Shown here in pieces: positions 20,391 through 28,502 of a DNA stretch of 64,000 nt. A model generated the notes under the pieces. It was not told where the DNA came from, searched no databases, and saw nothing but the letters and a program-made list of their open reading frames with translations. Numbering within the stretch: position 1 is the stretch's first letter; each line of letters starts with the position of its first letter. The stretch comes from an uncultured Aquiluna sp. (GTDB lineage: Bacteria > Actinomycetota > Actinomycetes > Actinomycetales > Microbacteriaceae): the NCBI GenBank assembly GCA_913775595.1, contig CAJYLB010000001.1, positions 1,065,135-1,129,134 on the forward strand, given 5' to 3'. The translations under genes and the position numbers were made by a program.

Positions 20391-22351
20391 TAGTTCCTCA
20401 CTAGGTTTTTGCGGCTTGCCTGCCTAGCGGCCTCATCGCGGGCAAGGGTTGTTCTAACAAGCTCTGGTGATAGCTCAAAAGCATCGACCAGGCTCTCGAC
20501 ATGGGGCCTCAGCCTTGGCAGCAATCTCGTATCGATATATTCGGTAATTGCCTCAGCCCTGCCGCCCGAAAGCCGGCCATTGATTAGGTACCAATCCAGA
20601 TTGTCTTCCAGGAGGGTAAAGCCATAGAGGTCTCTGAGCCAGGTCAGGATCTTGAGCGAGTCTTCGTCCTCTATGGTCTTTAGGGCAGAGGTGAACGCCT
20701 CCCACATAATCAGTTCCGCGTGCGCTTTAGCCGCCTTGATCAGGTCATTCTGATAGCGGTTAAAGAGCTCCGCCTGCTTAGCCTTGTCGCTGCCTGCTGC
20801 CTTGAGCTTGTTTGCAATTGAGGCAACCATGGTGTGGACGCGGTCGGTGAGTAGCTGGTGCTGGTGCTCCTCCTCTTTTACATAGCCAACCGAGCGAGCG
20901 GTGGAACCGAAGTCGACGATGTTCTGAGCCAGACCCCGCAGGCCGCCGCGGTTGATTGTCGCCTCGCCAAACTGTCCCGCGACATACTGCGCGAGAGTTC
21001 CGAAGTCTGGCGACTTGAAGGCTTTGGCGTAGTCGGCAAGAAGGCGCTTGGCGACAAGCTGCAGCATGACGTTGTTGTCGCCTTCGAAAGTGACATAGAC
21101 ATCTAGGTCGGCCCTGAGCCCGGTGAGCCTGTGCTCATCCATGAACCCCTGACCACCACATGCCTCGCGGCACTCCTGCACGGTGGTAAGCGAATACCAA
21201 GAGCTCAGGGCTTTGGCTGCAGCCGAGACAGTCTCGAGATCGGAACGGGACTCGTCGGTGTCATTTTGACCCGTGAATACCGCGTGATACTGGTTCAGCA
21301 TCTCCTGATGAGTGAAGATCTGGGCGTAGGTGCGAGCAATAAGAGGGATGAGCCTGCGTTGGTGACGACCGTAATCCATCAATGTCGTTTCTTCGCCCTC
21401 GGCTCCGGGGAACTGCTTACGGGCAAGCGAATACCTCACGGCAATATCTAGAGCTAGCTTCTGAGCGTTGGTCACGGCTCCGGTGAGTGAGACCCTTCCC
21501 TGAACCAAGGCGCCCAGCTGGGTGAAGAATCTTCTGCCCCTGTTCTCAATGCTTGAGGTGTAGGTGCCATCTGGCATTACATCTGCGTAGCGGTTTAGAA
21601 GGTTGGTCCTGGGAATTCTCACCTGATTGAAGTGCAGTCGGCCATTGTCGATGCCGTTGAGGCCGCCCTTGAGACCGTCATCCTCTGCTCCCACTCCAGG
21701 CAAGAGTCTTCCTCGCTTGCGAAGTGGGACATAGAAGGCGTGAACACCTTGGTTCTCGCCTTCGGTGTAAAGCTGCGCGAAAACTACGGCCGCCTCGCCA
21801 TGGAGTGCCGCATTTCCGATGTAGTCCTTATAGCTGTGGCGGTCTGGCGTGTGAATTACAAACTCTTCGCTGGCTGGGTCATAGGTAGCGGTCGTTCCAA
21901 TAGATGCAACGTCTGAGCCGTGCCCGGTCTCGGTCATTGCGAAGCAGCCAGGGGTGTCTAGCCTCGTGACAGCAGGTAGGAAGGTTTTGTGGTGGTGCTC
22001 GGTGCCCAGATTGAGAATTGCCGATCCAAACAGTCCCCACTGGACACCGAATTTTATTTGCAGTGAAGCATCTCCCAGGATCAACTCCTCGAAACTCGAA
22101 AGGGAGCCGCCTGGATTGCGCTGACCGCCCAGCTCCTCTGGGAAGCCGTATTGTGTTGCTCCCTCTTTGACCAGAGTCTTTAGTGCTTTCAAGGTCCAGT
22201 CGCGGTGCTTGTCCATTGCTGCGCCGCTCGGCTTGAAAAGTTCCTTTTCGACTATGACGCTGCGGGTGTGGCGGCGGATTTCAGCCCACCTGCCTAGGAT
22301 CTTCTCTCCTACTTCGGCAACGTCTAATTGAATGTCTTCGTTGAGATTCAT
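20390..22351 (-). CDS. acyl-CoA oxidase-like member of the acyl-CoA dehydrogenase family
   Basis: About 653 aa from MNLNEDIQ (ATG 22351, preceded by GGAGGA). ACAD fold plus the extra C-terminal helical domain typical of ACOX enzymes. The stop overlaps the thiolase start by 1 nt. Confidence 0.82.
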   Translation of the reverse strand: MNLNEDIQLDVAEVGEKILGRWAEIRRHTRSVIVEKELFKPSGAAMDKHRDWTLKALKTLVKEGATQYGFPEELGGQRNPGGSLSSFEELILGDASLQIKFGVQWGLFGSAILNLGTEHHHKTFLPAVTRLDTPGCFAMTETGHGSDVASIGTTATYDPASEEFVIHTPDRHSYKDYIGNAALHGEAAVVFAQLYTEGENQGVHAFYVPLRKRGRLLPGVGAEDDGLKGGLNGIDNGRLHFNQVRIPRTNLLNRYADVMPDGTYTSSIENRGRRFFTQLGALVQGRVSLTGAVTNAQKLALDIAVRYSLARKQFPGAEGEETTLMDYGRHQRRLIPLIARTYAQIFTHQEMLNQYHAVFTGQNDTDESRSDLETVSAAAKALSSWYSLTTVQECREACGGQGFMDEHRLTGLRADLDVYVTFEGDNNVMLQLVAKRLLADYAKAFKSPDFGTLAQYVAGQFGEATINRGGLRGLAQNIVDFGSTARSVGYVKEEEHQHQLLTDRVHTMVASIANKLKAAGSDKAKQAELFNRYQNDLIKAAKAHAELIMWEAFTSALKTIEDEDSLKILTWLRDLYGFTLLEDNLDWYLINGRLSGGRAEAITEYIDTRLLPRLRPHVESLVDAFELSPELVRTTLARDEAARQASRKNLVRN

Positions 22352-22416
22352 TTCTGTCCTCCGACAGATAGTCAACCCCTGAAAACTAAGGACTCAAAGG
22401 GGGTGTCGGAAAATTC

Positions 22417-22428
22417 GTGAGAGCTCAC
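22417..22428. promoter_or_regulatory. perfect 12-bp palindrome upstream of the acyl-CoA oxidase-like gene (candidate operator)
   Basis: GTGAGAGCTCAC in the 155-nt gap between the enoyl-CoA hydratase gene and the ATG-22351 start of the oxidase-like gene. Confidence 0.25.
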
Positions 22429-22506
22429 AAACAGGCGTTGGGACGGCGCTATTGGTGTTGTATGAAAGCTACAAATTGTCTTTGTGATTTTAGATGGATT
22501 ATCTAA

Positions 22507-23280
22507 TCAATCACCTTTGAACTTTGCTTGCTTCTTAGTGACAAAAGCCTTCATTCCCCGCTTTACGTCTTTGGTTCCCATGAGTTTTGCGAGCCTTGGG
22601 AAGAGGTTTGCCTTCTCTGCCTCTTTGTCCGATGCTCTCGCAGATTCCAAGGTTGCCTGGACCGCCAGCGGTGCCTGCTCGGCTATCCGCTCGGCTAGTT
22701 CGATGGCCCGATCGAGTTCTTGTCCTGGTTCAACAATTTCGTTAATCATGTTCATTGCCAGCGCCTCTTCCGCCCCCCACCTATCGCCAGTGAGTAGATA
22801 GCGCATGGCGCGAGCGTGACCGGCGACCTGAGGTAGCCTTATTGTTCCCCCGCCAAATGGCAGAATCGCTCGAGACACCTCTAGCTGACCAAACTTTGAA
22901 TCGCTTGCGGCAATAACCACATCGCTCGCCAGGGCCAGCTCGACCCCGAGGGTGTAGCAGGTGCCACGTGTTGCCATCACCACCGGCTTACTTACCTGCT
23001 TTGTGGAAATGCCCCAGGGATCCAGTCCGCCCTCGGGAACCATTTGTAGCTTGCCCTTTTGCATCTTTGGTCCAACATCAAAGAGATCTAGGCCCGCGGT
23101 GAAGTGATCTCCGTGGGCGAAGACAACCCCAACGCGAAGGTCTTTGTTTCTGTCCAGCTCACCATAGGCAAGGGAGAGTTGGTGCAAAAGCTCTTCGTCA
23201 GCCGCATTCATCTTTTCGGCACGATTGAAGCCGATTAGGAAAACGTGGCCGCGCTGCTCAGTGGTTATTTTCTGTGACAC
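22507..23280 (-). CDS. enoyl-CoA hydratase/crotonase family protein
   Basis: Start set at GTG 23280 (VSQKITTEQRGHVFLIGFNRAEKMNA). The longer track ORF would overlap the upstream gene. Crotonase fold throughout. Confidence 0.85.
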   Translation of the reverse strand: MSQKITTEQRGHVFLIGFNRAEKMNAADEELLHQLSLAYGELDRNKDLRVGVVFAHGDHFTAGLDLFDVGPKMQKGKLQMVPEGGLDPWGISTKQVSKPVVMATRGTCYTLGVELALASDVVIAASDSKFGQLEVSRAILPFGGGTIRLPQVAGHARAMRYLLTGDRWGAEEALAMNMINEIVEPGQELDRAIELAERIAEQAPLAVQATLESARASDKEAEKANLFPRLAKLMGTKDVKRGMKAFVTKKQAKFKGD

Positions 23281-23290
23281 GACAATGAGG

Positions 23291-23695
23291 CTAAACGCTC
23301 TCGGTGAGCTGCGCCACCCGCTGCGGCGAGATTTGTAGCAAAACTCCAATGTCGCGCATGCTCAGCCCCTCGGACCTGAGTCTTGCGACAATCTCTCGAA
23401 TCTCCCTAGATGCCTGCTCTTGCAGGCGTCGTGATTCAAGCATTTTTTCCTGGGCAGCCTCGAGGTCACAAACAATGCCCGGCATAGACGTTTCGATCTT
23501 CACGATGATGTCGCAGCGCTCTACACCCTGATTTTCATGCACGAGGTCCTTGATTTGCTCGGTCGCACTGTCGAGTCGCTTGGACGAGATGATTAGGTCA
23601 CCCAGCTCCGGGACACGGACTTCCCAAAGTCCCGCCTTGCGTTCACACTCCGCTGAGATCTCCATGACTCCAAGGATAGATGAGTAGCCGGCCAA
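23291..23695 (-). CDS. HicB-like N-terminal domain protein with C-terminal HTH (orphan antitoxin-like regulator)
   Basis: 134 aa. GLWEVRVPELGDLIISSKRLDSATEQIKDLV resembles the HicB/UPF0150 fold. The C-terminus LSMRDIGVLLQISPQRVAQL is HTH-like. It sits 10 nt upstream of the crotonase gene, and the start could be the internal MEISAE. Confidence 0.5.
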   Translation of the reverse strand: MAGYSSILGVMEISAECERKAGLWEVRVPELGDLIISSKRLDSATEQIKDLVHENQGVERCDIIVKIETSMPGIVCDLEAAQEKMLESRRLQEQASREIREIVARLRSEGLSMRDIGVLLQISPQRVAQLTESV

Positions 23696-23811
23696 ACTGG
23701 AGAAAATTGTCTAGATGCCCTTGACTGAAACATGTGGTATTTATACGAAATGATTTTCTAGAATTATCTTTCTAGTGTATGTTTGGCTGGAACCTTGAAG
23801 TTAGGTAGCAA

Positions 23812-24093
23812 ATGACCGACTGGACCTTCATCTCTCACCATGGGCACGTGCTGCTGGCAATCAGCCGTAATCCAGACGTGAAAATAGACGAGCTTTCAGA
23901 AATAACCGGTGTCACAACAAGATCTATCGTGAACATCCTCAAAGACCTTGAGGTCGGGGGTTACCTGACAAAGACCAAATCTGGCCGAAACAACCACTAC
24001 GAAATAAACCTCCAATCAAAACTGCGCCACACCACAAGCTCGAACCGGACCGTCGGCGATCTGGTTAGCTCACTCGGAAGCGTAGGTGTCTAG
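23812..24093 (+). CDS. winged helix-turn-helix (ArsR/MarR-like) transcriptional regulator
   Basis: 93 aa. IDELSEITGVTTRSIVNILKDLEVGGYLTK is an HTH plus wing. The stop overlaps the permease start (TAGTG). Confidence 0.7.
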   Translation: MTDWTFISHHGHVLLAISRNPDVKIDELSEITGVTTRSIVNILKDLEVGGYLTKTKSGRNNHYEINLQSKLRHTTSSNRTVGDLVSSLGSVGV

Positions 24094-25064
24094 TGGGTGG
24101 TCTAGAAATTGCTCTTGCAAATCTGACCTCGGCCCCGGTTCTGGCTTTTGTTTTGGGGATTTTGGCCACGGTCGTGCGGTCTGATTTGCGACTTCCGGAT
24201 GCGGTTTATCAGACGCTTTCGATATACCTCCTTCTCGGAATTGGAATCAAAGGTGGGGTGGCGCTGAGTCAATCAAGCGTTCAGGAGGTAGCGCTTCCCC
24301 TGCTCGGGGCTCTGGTTCTGGGGGCGGTAGTCCCTGCAATTGCTTTCTTTGCACTTGCTGCACTAACCAAACTCGATGCCATCAACCGAGGAGCCCTCGC
24401 GGCGCACTATGGCTCAACGTCTCTTGTCACCTTCACGGCGGGGCTTTTGTTTTTGGACTCGCTCCAGCTCTACGTCGAGGGCTATGTGAACACTCTGCTT
24501 GCGGTGTTAGAGATCCCTGGCATCATCATTGGTCTAGCCCTTGCGGCTCGAGGACTCAAGCGCGAGGTCAGCTGGGGCGAGTCCATGCGAGAGGTCCTGA
24601 CCGGTAAATCGATTCTGCTGCTAGTTGGTGGAGTCTTGATGGGTGTCGCCATGGGGGTTGGGGGCTACTCCCAGATCGAGTTCTTCTTCGGAGCTTTATT
24701 CCCAGGCGTTCTGACACTGTTCTTGCTCGAGCTCGGAATCGTTGCAGGAAAGCGCATCAAGGACATCCGCCAGGGAGGTTTAGGCCTGGTGATCTTCGCT
24801 ATCCTCTTTCCGCTCTTATCGGGTTCGCTTGGGGTAATCACAGGACACCTTTCAGGGATGAGCGTGGGTGGTAGTGCTGCTCTGGGAGTTATCGCCGCCA
24901 GCTCCTCCTACATCGCAGCCCCTGCTGCTGTAAGGCTCGCACTTCCCGAGGCCTCACCAGGCATTTATCTCTCTGCCTCCCTTGGCATTACATTTCCGTT
25001 CAACCTAACGCTGGGAATTCCTGCAATGCTTGCTATCAGTCAATTTCTGGAGGGGGTCATCTGA
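24093..25064 (+). CDS. sodium-dependent bicarbonate transporter (SbtA-like, DUF897) family permease
   Basis: 323 aa with about 10 TM helices in two inverted halves. Paired with a P-II-like gene, as in sbtA-sbtB. Confidence 0.7.
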   Translation: MGGLEIALANLTSAPVLAFVLGILATVVRSDLRLPDAVYQTLSIYLLLGIGIKGGVALSQSSVQEVALPLLGALVLGAVVPAIAFFALAALTKLDAINRGALAAHYGSTSLVTFTAGLLFLDSLQLYVEGYVNTLLAVLEIPGIIIGLALAARGLKREVSWGESMREVLTGKSILLLVGGVLMGVAMGVGGYSQIEFFFGALFPGVLTLFLLELGIVAGKRIKDIRQGGLGLVIFAILFPLLSGSLGVITGHLSGMSVGGSAALGVIAASSSYIAAPAAVRLALPEASPGIYLSASLGITFPFNLTLGIPAMLAISQFLEGVI

Positions 25065-25363
25065 TGATCATGAAACAGCGCAAGCTCGTGACCATTGTCA
25101 TTGAAGCCGCCCTTGCAAGAAGGCTTGAGGGGGATCTGCGAGCGTGTGGCGCAAAGGGCTTCACCTCAACTCTCGCCCATGGCACCGGCCCTCGGGACCA
25201 GCGGGCCTCGGACGTTGACGGTGGGAACGTGAGGGTTGAATCGGTGGTCAGCAATGATGTTCTCGAGGTTATTCTCGAAAAACTTGAGAAGGACTATTTC
25301 CCCTTCTACGCACTCAGCTGCTGGGTGAGCCAGGTTGAGGTCGTTCGAGACGAACGCTACTGA
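25064..25363 (+). CDS. P-II-like signal transduction protein (SbtB-like)
   Basis: 99 aa. KLVTIVIEAAL...GAKGFTSTLAHGTGPRDQRAS...VRVESVV fits a beta-alpha-beta / T-loop / beta-alpha-beta pattern. The start overlaps the permease stop (TGATG). Confidence 0.68.
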   Translation: MIMKQRKLVTIVIEAALARRLEGDLRACGAKGFTSTLAHGTGPRDQRASDVDGGNVRVESVVSNDVLEVILEKLEKDYFPFYALSCWVSQVEVVRDERY

Positions 25364-25605
25364 GCTCTTCTGGGCAGCGTCAGGGTAATTGACGCCACTG
25401 CCAGTGAAATAAGCGGAAAAATCGCCAGCGCCCACGCAATCGAAATGCACCAAATGGCTATCAGTCCGACGACGGTGTTCGAGATGTGCCCGACCCAGAT
25501 TCGAATCTTTCCAATCCGAGCAAGGATCGCCAACGCAATGTTTAGAAGCGAGACAAAACCAAGGCCAATAAAAAAGTAGGCCAGAAAGGTTGCGAGGTCC
25601 TCCAC
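25357..25605 (-). CDS. small hypothetical membrane protein (3 TM)
   Basis: 82 aa and hydrophobic. It begins directly after the stop of the Kef-like gene with no spacer. No recognisable motif. Confidence 0.45.
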   Translation of the reverse strand: MEDLATFLAYFFIGLGFVSLLNIALAILARIGKIRIWVGHISNTVVGLIAIWCISIAWALAIFPLISLAVASITLTLPRRAQ

Positions 25606-27231
25606 CTAGTCTTCCCTCAGAGCCTTCACGATTCGGTTGGCGGCCATCTTCAGCGGCCTAATTGTTGTCACGCTGTCCTCTTTGGCGAACATCTCGGCGG
25701 TTTGGTTATCAAGAGCGGTCAGATAAACCTTTCCCTCGTAGCCGAGAGACTTTAGGCTGCCAAGTAAAAGAGCGTTCGTTGACCTATCAGGGGCTGTGCA
25801 GATCAAAGTCTCGGTCTGATGAATCGGAAGCATCTTGGCAAAGTCCGGGTCCCCAACGTCCCCAAAGAGGGTCTCAGCCCCAAGGTCCCTTGCGCGAGCT
25901 AAAGCATCTGGATCCAAGTCCACGGCCAAAACCGATGAGCCCGAAGAGATCAACCCGGAAACCACCTCAGATCCAAAACGGCCGGTGCCGATAACAATGG
26001 CGTCAAAGTTCAGACTTTGGCTCTCCTCATCCACCGCCTCTGTCTTATTGCGCTCAAACAGCTGCATGAACTTTTGGAACTTCGGAAACAGCCTGTCGGT
26101 GTAGAGGATGAAGTAGCTGGAGACGGTGATGGTGAATACCGCAACCAAGGTAACCAGGCTCAAGACCGCAGAGTTGACCTGGCCCAAAGAAAAGCCAAGC
26201 GCAATCAAAATGAGCGAGAACTCAGAGATTTGAGCGAGGGCAACACCCGTTCGGAAGGAGGTGATTGAGCGGTAACCCATCCAGCCCATGATTGCGAAGA
26301 CAATTAGCGGCTTACCTACGAGCACAAATATCGAAAGCACAATCGCAGGAACCAGCTGCCCAAGAGCGTCAGCAAATGTCAGCGATGCGCCGAGCTCAAT
26401 GAAGAAGAACAGCAGCATGACATCCCTGAGCGAAACCATGCGAGCGCCGAGGCTTTCGCGATAGGCAGTTGATGCAAGCGAGACACCAGCGACAAAAGCA
26501 CCTATCTCCATACTGAGTCCGATGAGGGTGCTAATTGCGGCTAGAACAATTGCCCAGGCAACCCCAAACAAAAGTGCTAGCTCTGGGCTCTTGGCGATCC
26601 AATCCAAAACCTTCTCGAGCACAAACCTCGAAGCAAAGGCGATTACGCCCAGGAACACCGCACTAGAGGCAAGCGTGACTATCAGGTCATTGACTGGCGA
26701 CCCTTGACCAGGGGTGCCGATGGTCACAATCACCACCATCGCCACAACAACCAGAATGTCTTGGACGATCAGGATTCCAACCGCGATTCGGCCGTAGAGG
26801 GTATCGAGCTCTCGCTTGTCGCCGATGAGCTTAATAATGATGATTGTCGAGGAGAAGGTCAGGGCGACTGCGATATAGAAGGCAGTTGTTGTCTCAAAGC
26901 CAAAGAGCATTGCGATGCCAAAGCCAACTGCCGCAGTGAATGCGACCTGAGACAGTCCCGCAATCAAAGCGACCTTCCCGGTGCTTCGGATCATGTGGAA
27001 GTCAAGCTTTAGCCCAACCAAAAACAGCAGAATGGCGATGCCGAACTTTGCAAAGAGTCTTATCTCCTCGGCACCCTCAACAAGATTGAAGGCCGTGGGT
27101 CCGGCGAGAATGCCGACAATGATGAACGAAACCACAACTGGCTGCCTTAGCAGCTTCGCAACTGCACCAGCAGCCACCGCAAGCGCGAGGATGAGCGCGA
27201 CGGAGACAAACGAAGTTTCGACCATAGCCAA
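25606..27231 (-). CDS. cation:proton antiporter (CPA2/Kef type) with C-terminal RCK/TrkA-N domain
   Basis: 541 aa with about 12 TM helices, followed by AIVIGTGRFGSEVVSGL Rossmann-like RCK. Confidence 0.88.
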   Translation of the reverse strand: MAMVETSFVSVALILALAVAAGAVAKLLRQPVVVSFIIVGILAGPTAFNLVEGAEEIRLFAKFGIAILLFLVGLKLDFHMIRSTGKVALIAGLSQVAFTAAVGFGIAMLFGFETTTAFYIAVALTFSSTIIIIKLIGDKRELDTLYGRIAVGILIVQDILVVVAMVVIVTIGTPGQGSPVNDLIVTLASSAVFLGVIAFASRFVLEKVLDWIAKSPELALLFGVAWAIVLAAISTLIGLSMEIGAFVAGVSLASTAYRESLGARMVSLRDVMLLFFFIELGASLTFADALGQLVPAIVLSIFVLVGKPLIVFAIMGWMGYRSITSFRTGVALAQISEFSLILIALGFSLGQVNSAVLSLVTLVAVFTITVSSYFILYTDRLFPKFQKFMQLFERNKTEAVDEESQSLNFDAIVIGTGRFGSEVVSGLISSGSSVLAVDLDPDALARARDLGAETLFGDVGDPDFAKMLPIHQTETLICTAPDRSTNALLLGSLKSLGYEGKVYLTALDNQTAEMFAKEDSVTTIRPLKMAANRIVKALRED

Positions 27232-27318
27232 AGTCTACTTTTCGATGATTTCCAGATTGTTTCGCTCACCCTGGCTCTTCGCCCTCGAAGCTCATGGGTT
27301 CTCAGTTAGCATTCGGGG

Positions 27319-28008
27319 GTGCAAAACGGTCAAGATTTTTCAGCCCTCGCCAGCTCTAGGCGTTCAACAAGGGACTTCCTGCCAGATCCAATAGATCAGT
27401 CGGTTCTCGATGAGGTCCTGCGAGATGGCATGACCGCTCCTAGCTGGTCTAACACCCGGCCATTCATGATCGGTGTCGCCCAGGGTGAGCAAAGAGACCG
27501 CATCAGCAAGGCACTTGTCTCGAGGCTTCGGGAAAAAAGAGATGAGCCCGGCATGGGCATGAACCCCGACTTCACCCACGAAATCCCCTACCCGCCAGGC
27601 CTAATTGAGAGAAGCCAGCGGGTGGGCAAGGGCATTTATGAGACCCTTGGAATAGACAGAGCAGACAAAGAGTCGCGGTTTCGGTTCATGGAGAGAAACT
27701 ATGAGTTCTTTGGGGCACCGGTTGCTCTGTTCTTCTTCACCCACAAAGGCCTAGATCACTTTGGGACACTGGATCTGGGGCTTTTCATGGAAGCAGCCAT
27801 GCTCTCGGCAAAGGCAAAGGGGCTTGGGACTTGTGCGCAGGGCTACCTAGGTAACTACCCCGACATCATCAAGGCGGAGTTTGATGTGCCGGAACAGTAC
27901 GCACTGGTTTGTGGCATGAGCCTTGGGTATCCATCTGATCACCCAATCAACTCTTGGCAGGCTGAGCGTCTCGAGCTGAACGAAATGATTGCAAAGTCTC
28001 GAAGCTAA
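27319..28008 (+). CDS. nitroreductase family protein
   Basis: 229 aa. RRSTRDFLPDPI N-terminal nitroreductase motif. GTG start. Confidence 0.85.
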   Translation: MQNGQDFSALASSRRSTRDFLPDPIDQSVLDEVLRDGMTAPSWSNTRPFMIGVAQGEQRDRISKALVSRLREKRDEPGMGMNPDFTHEIPYPPGLIERSQRVGKGIYETLGIDRADKESRFRFMERNYEFFGAPVALFFFTHKGLDHFGTLDLGLFMEAAMLSAKAKGLGTCAQGYLGNYPDIIKAEFDVPEQYALVCGMSLGYPSDHPINSWQAERLELNEMIAKSRS

Positions 28009-28025
28009 GGAATTAGGGAGCCAAA

Positions 28026-28223
28026 TTGAGCGCTGTTTACCTTCTGGGTCTAGCAATTGGCCTTTACATGATCTGGGGTGGGGCAACAAAAGCAACCTCC
28101 AAGCCCTACTTCTTCCTTCATGCAAGGGCTAGCTTGCTATGGAAAGACAGGGCCCATCAGTTCCTTTTGATCTCTGGGATTCTTGTCGTAACAGTAATGG
28201 CCTATTTGAGCTTAAACGGGTAA
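28026..28223 (+). CDS. small hypothetical membrane protein
   Basis: 65 aa with two hydrophobic helices, followed immediately by a strong terminator. Coding status is unverified. Confidence 0.4.
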   Translation: MSAVYLLGLAIGLYMIWGGATKATSKPYFFLHARASLLWKDRAHQFLLISGILVVTVMAYLSLNG

Positions 28224-28226
28224 AAG

Positions 28227-28257
28227 AAAACCCCTCCCGAAGGAGGGGTTTTGCTTT
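28227..28257. terminator. rho-independent terminator (bidirectional shape)
   Basis: AAAA-CCCCTCC-cgaa-GGAGGGG-TTTTG directly after the 28223 stop. Confidence 0.7.
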
Positions 28258-28275
28258 GTGGAGACTAGGGGGGTC
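28255..28275. repeat. direct repeat copy 1: orphan copy of the last 17 nt of tRNA-Ala plus 4 downstream nt
   Basis: TTTGTGGAGACTAGGGGGGTC is identical to 29073-29093. Imperfect homology extends leftward through the terminator (28218-28254 versus 29032-29072). Confidence 0.85.
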
Positions 28276-28502
28276 TATTTGGCCCGCCAAACCAATGGTT
28301 TTGGCCTCGTGTTGTGTGAAATCAGACTATAAATCAGACTGTTTTTGGCCCTGAAAGGGTGTGTCCTGCTGTTCTGCAGGACAAAATCAAACTCTGCTTT
28401 ATTAGGTCTCGATGGCCCTCTATTTGCAACGTTGCTGTGTGCTTATGCAGTGCAAATCGGGTGCATAGGAACTTCTCAGCTTGACGTGCTTGGCTCACTT
28501 TC

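Noticed and set aside
23291-23695. HicB-like gene as part of a functional toxin-antitoxin pair
   Set aside because: No HicA-sized ORF or any small basic toxin-like ORF lies adjacent on either strand, so it is treated as an orphan regulator instead.
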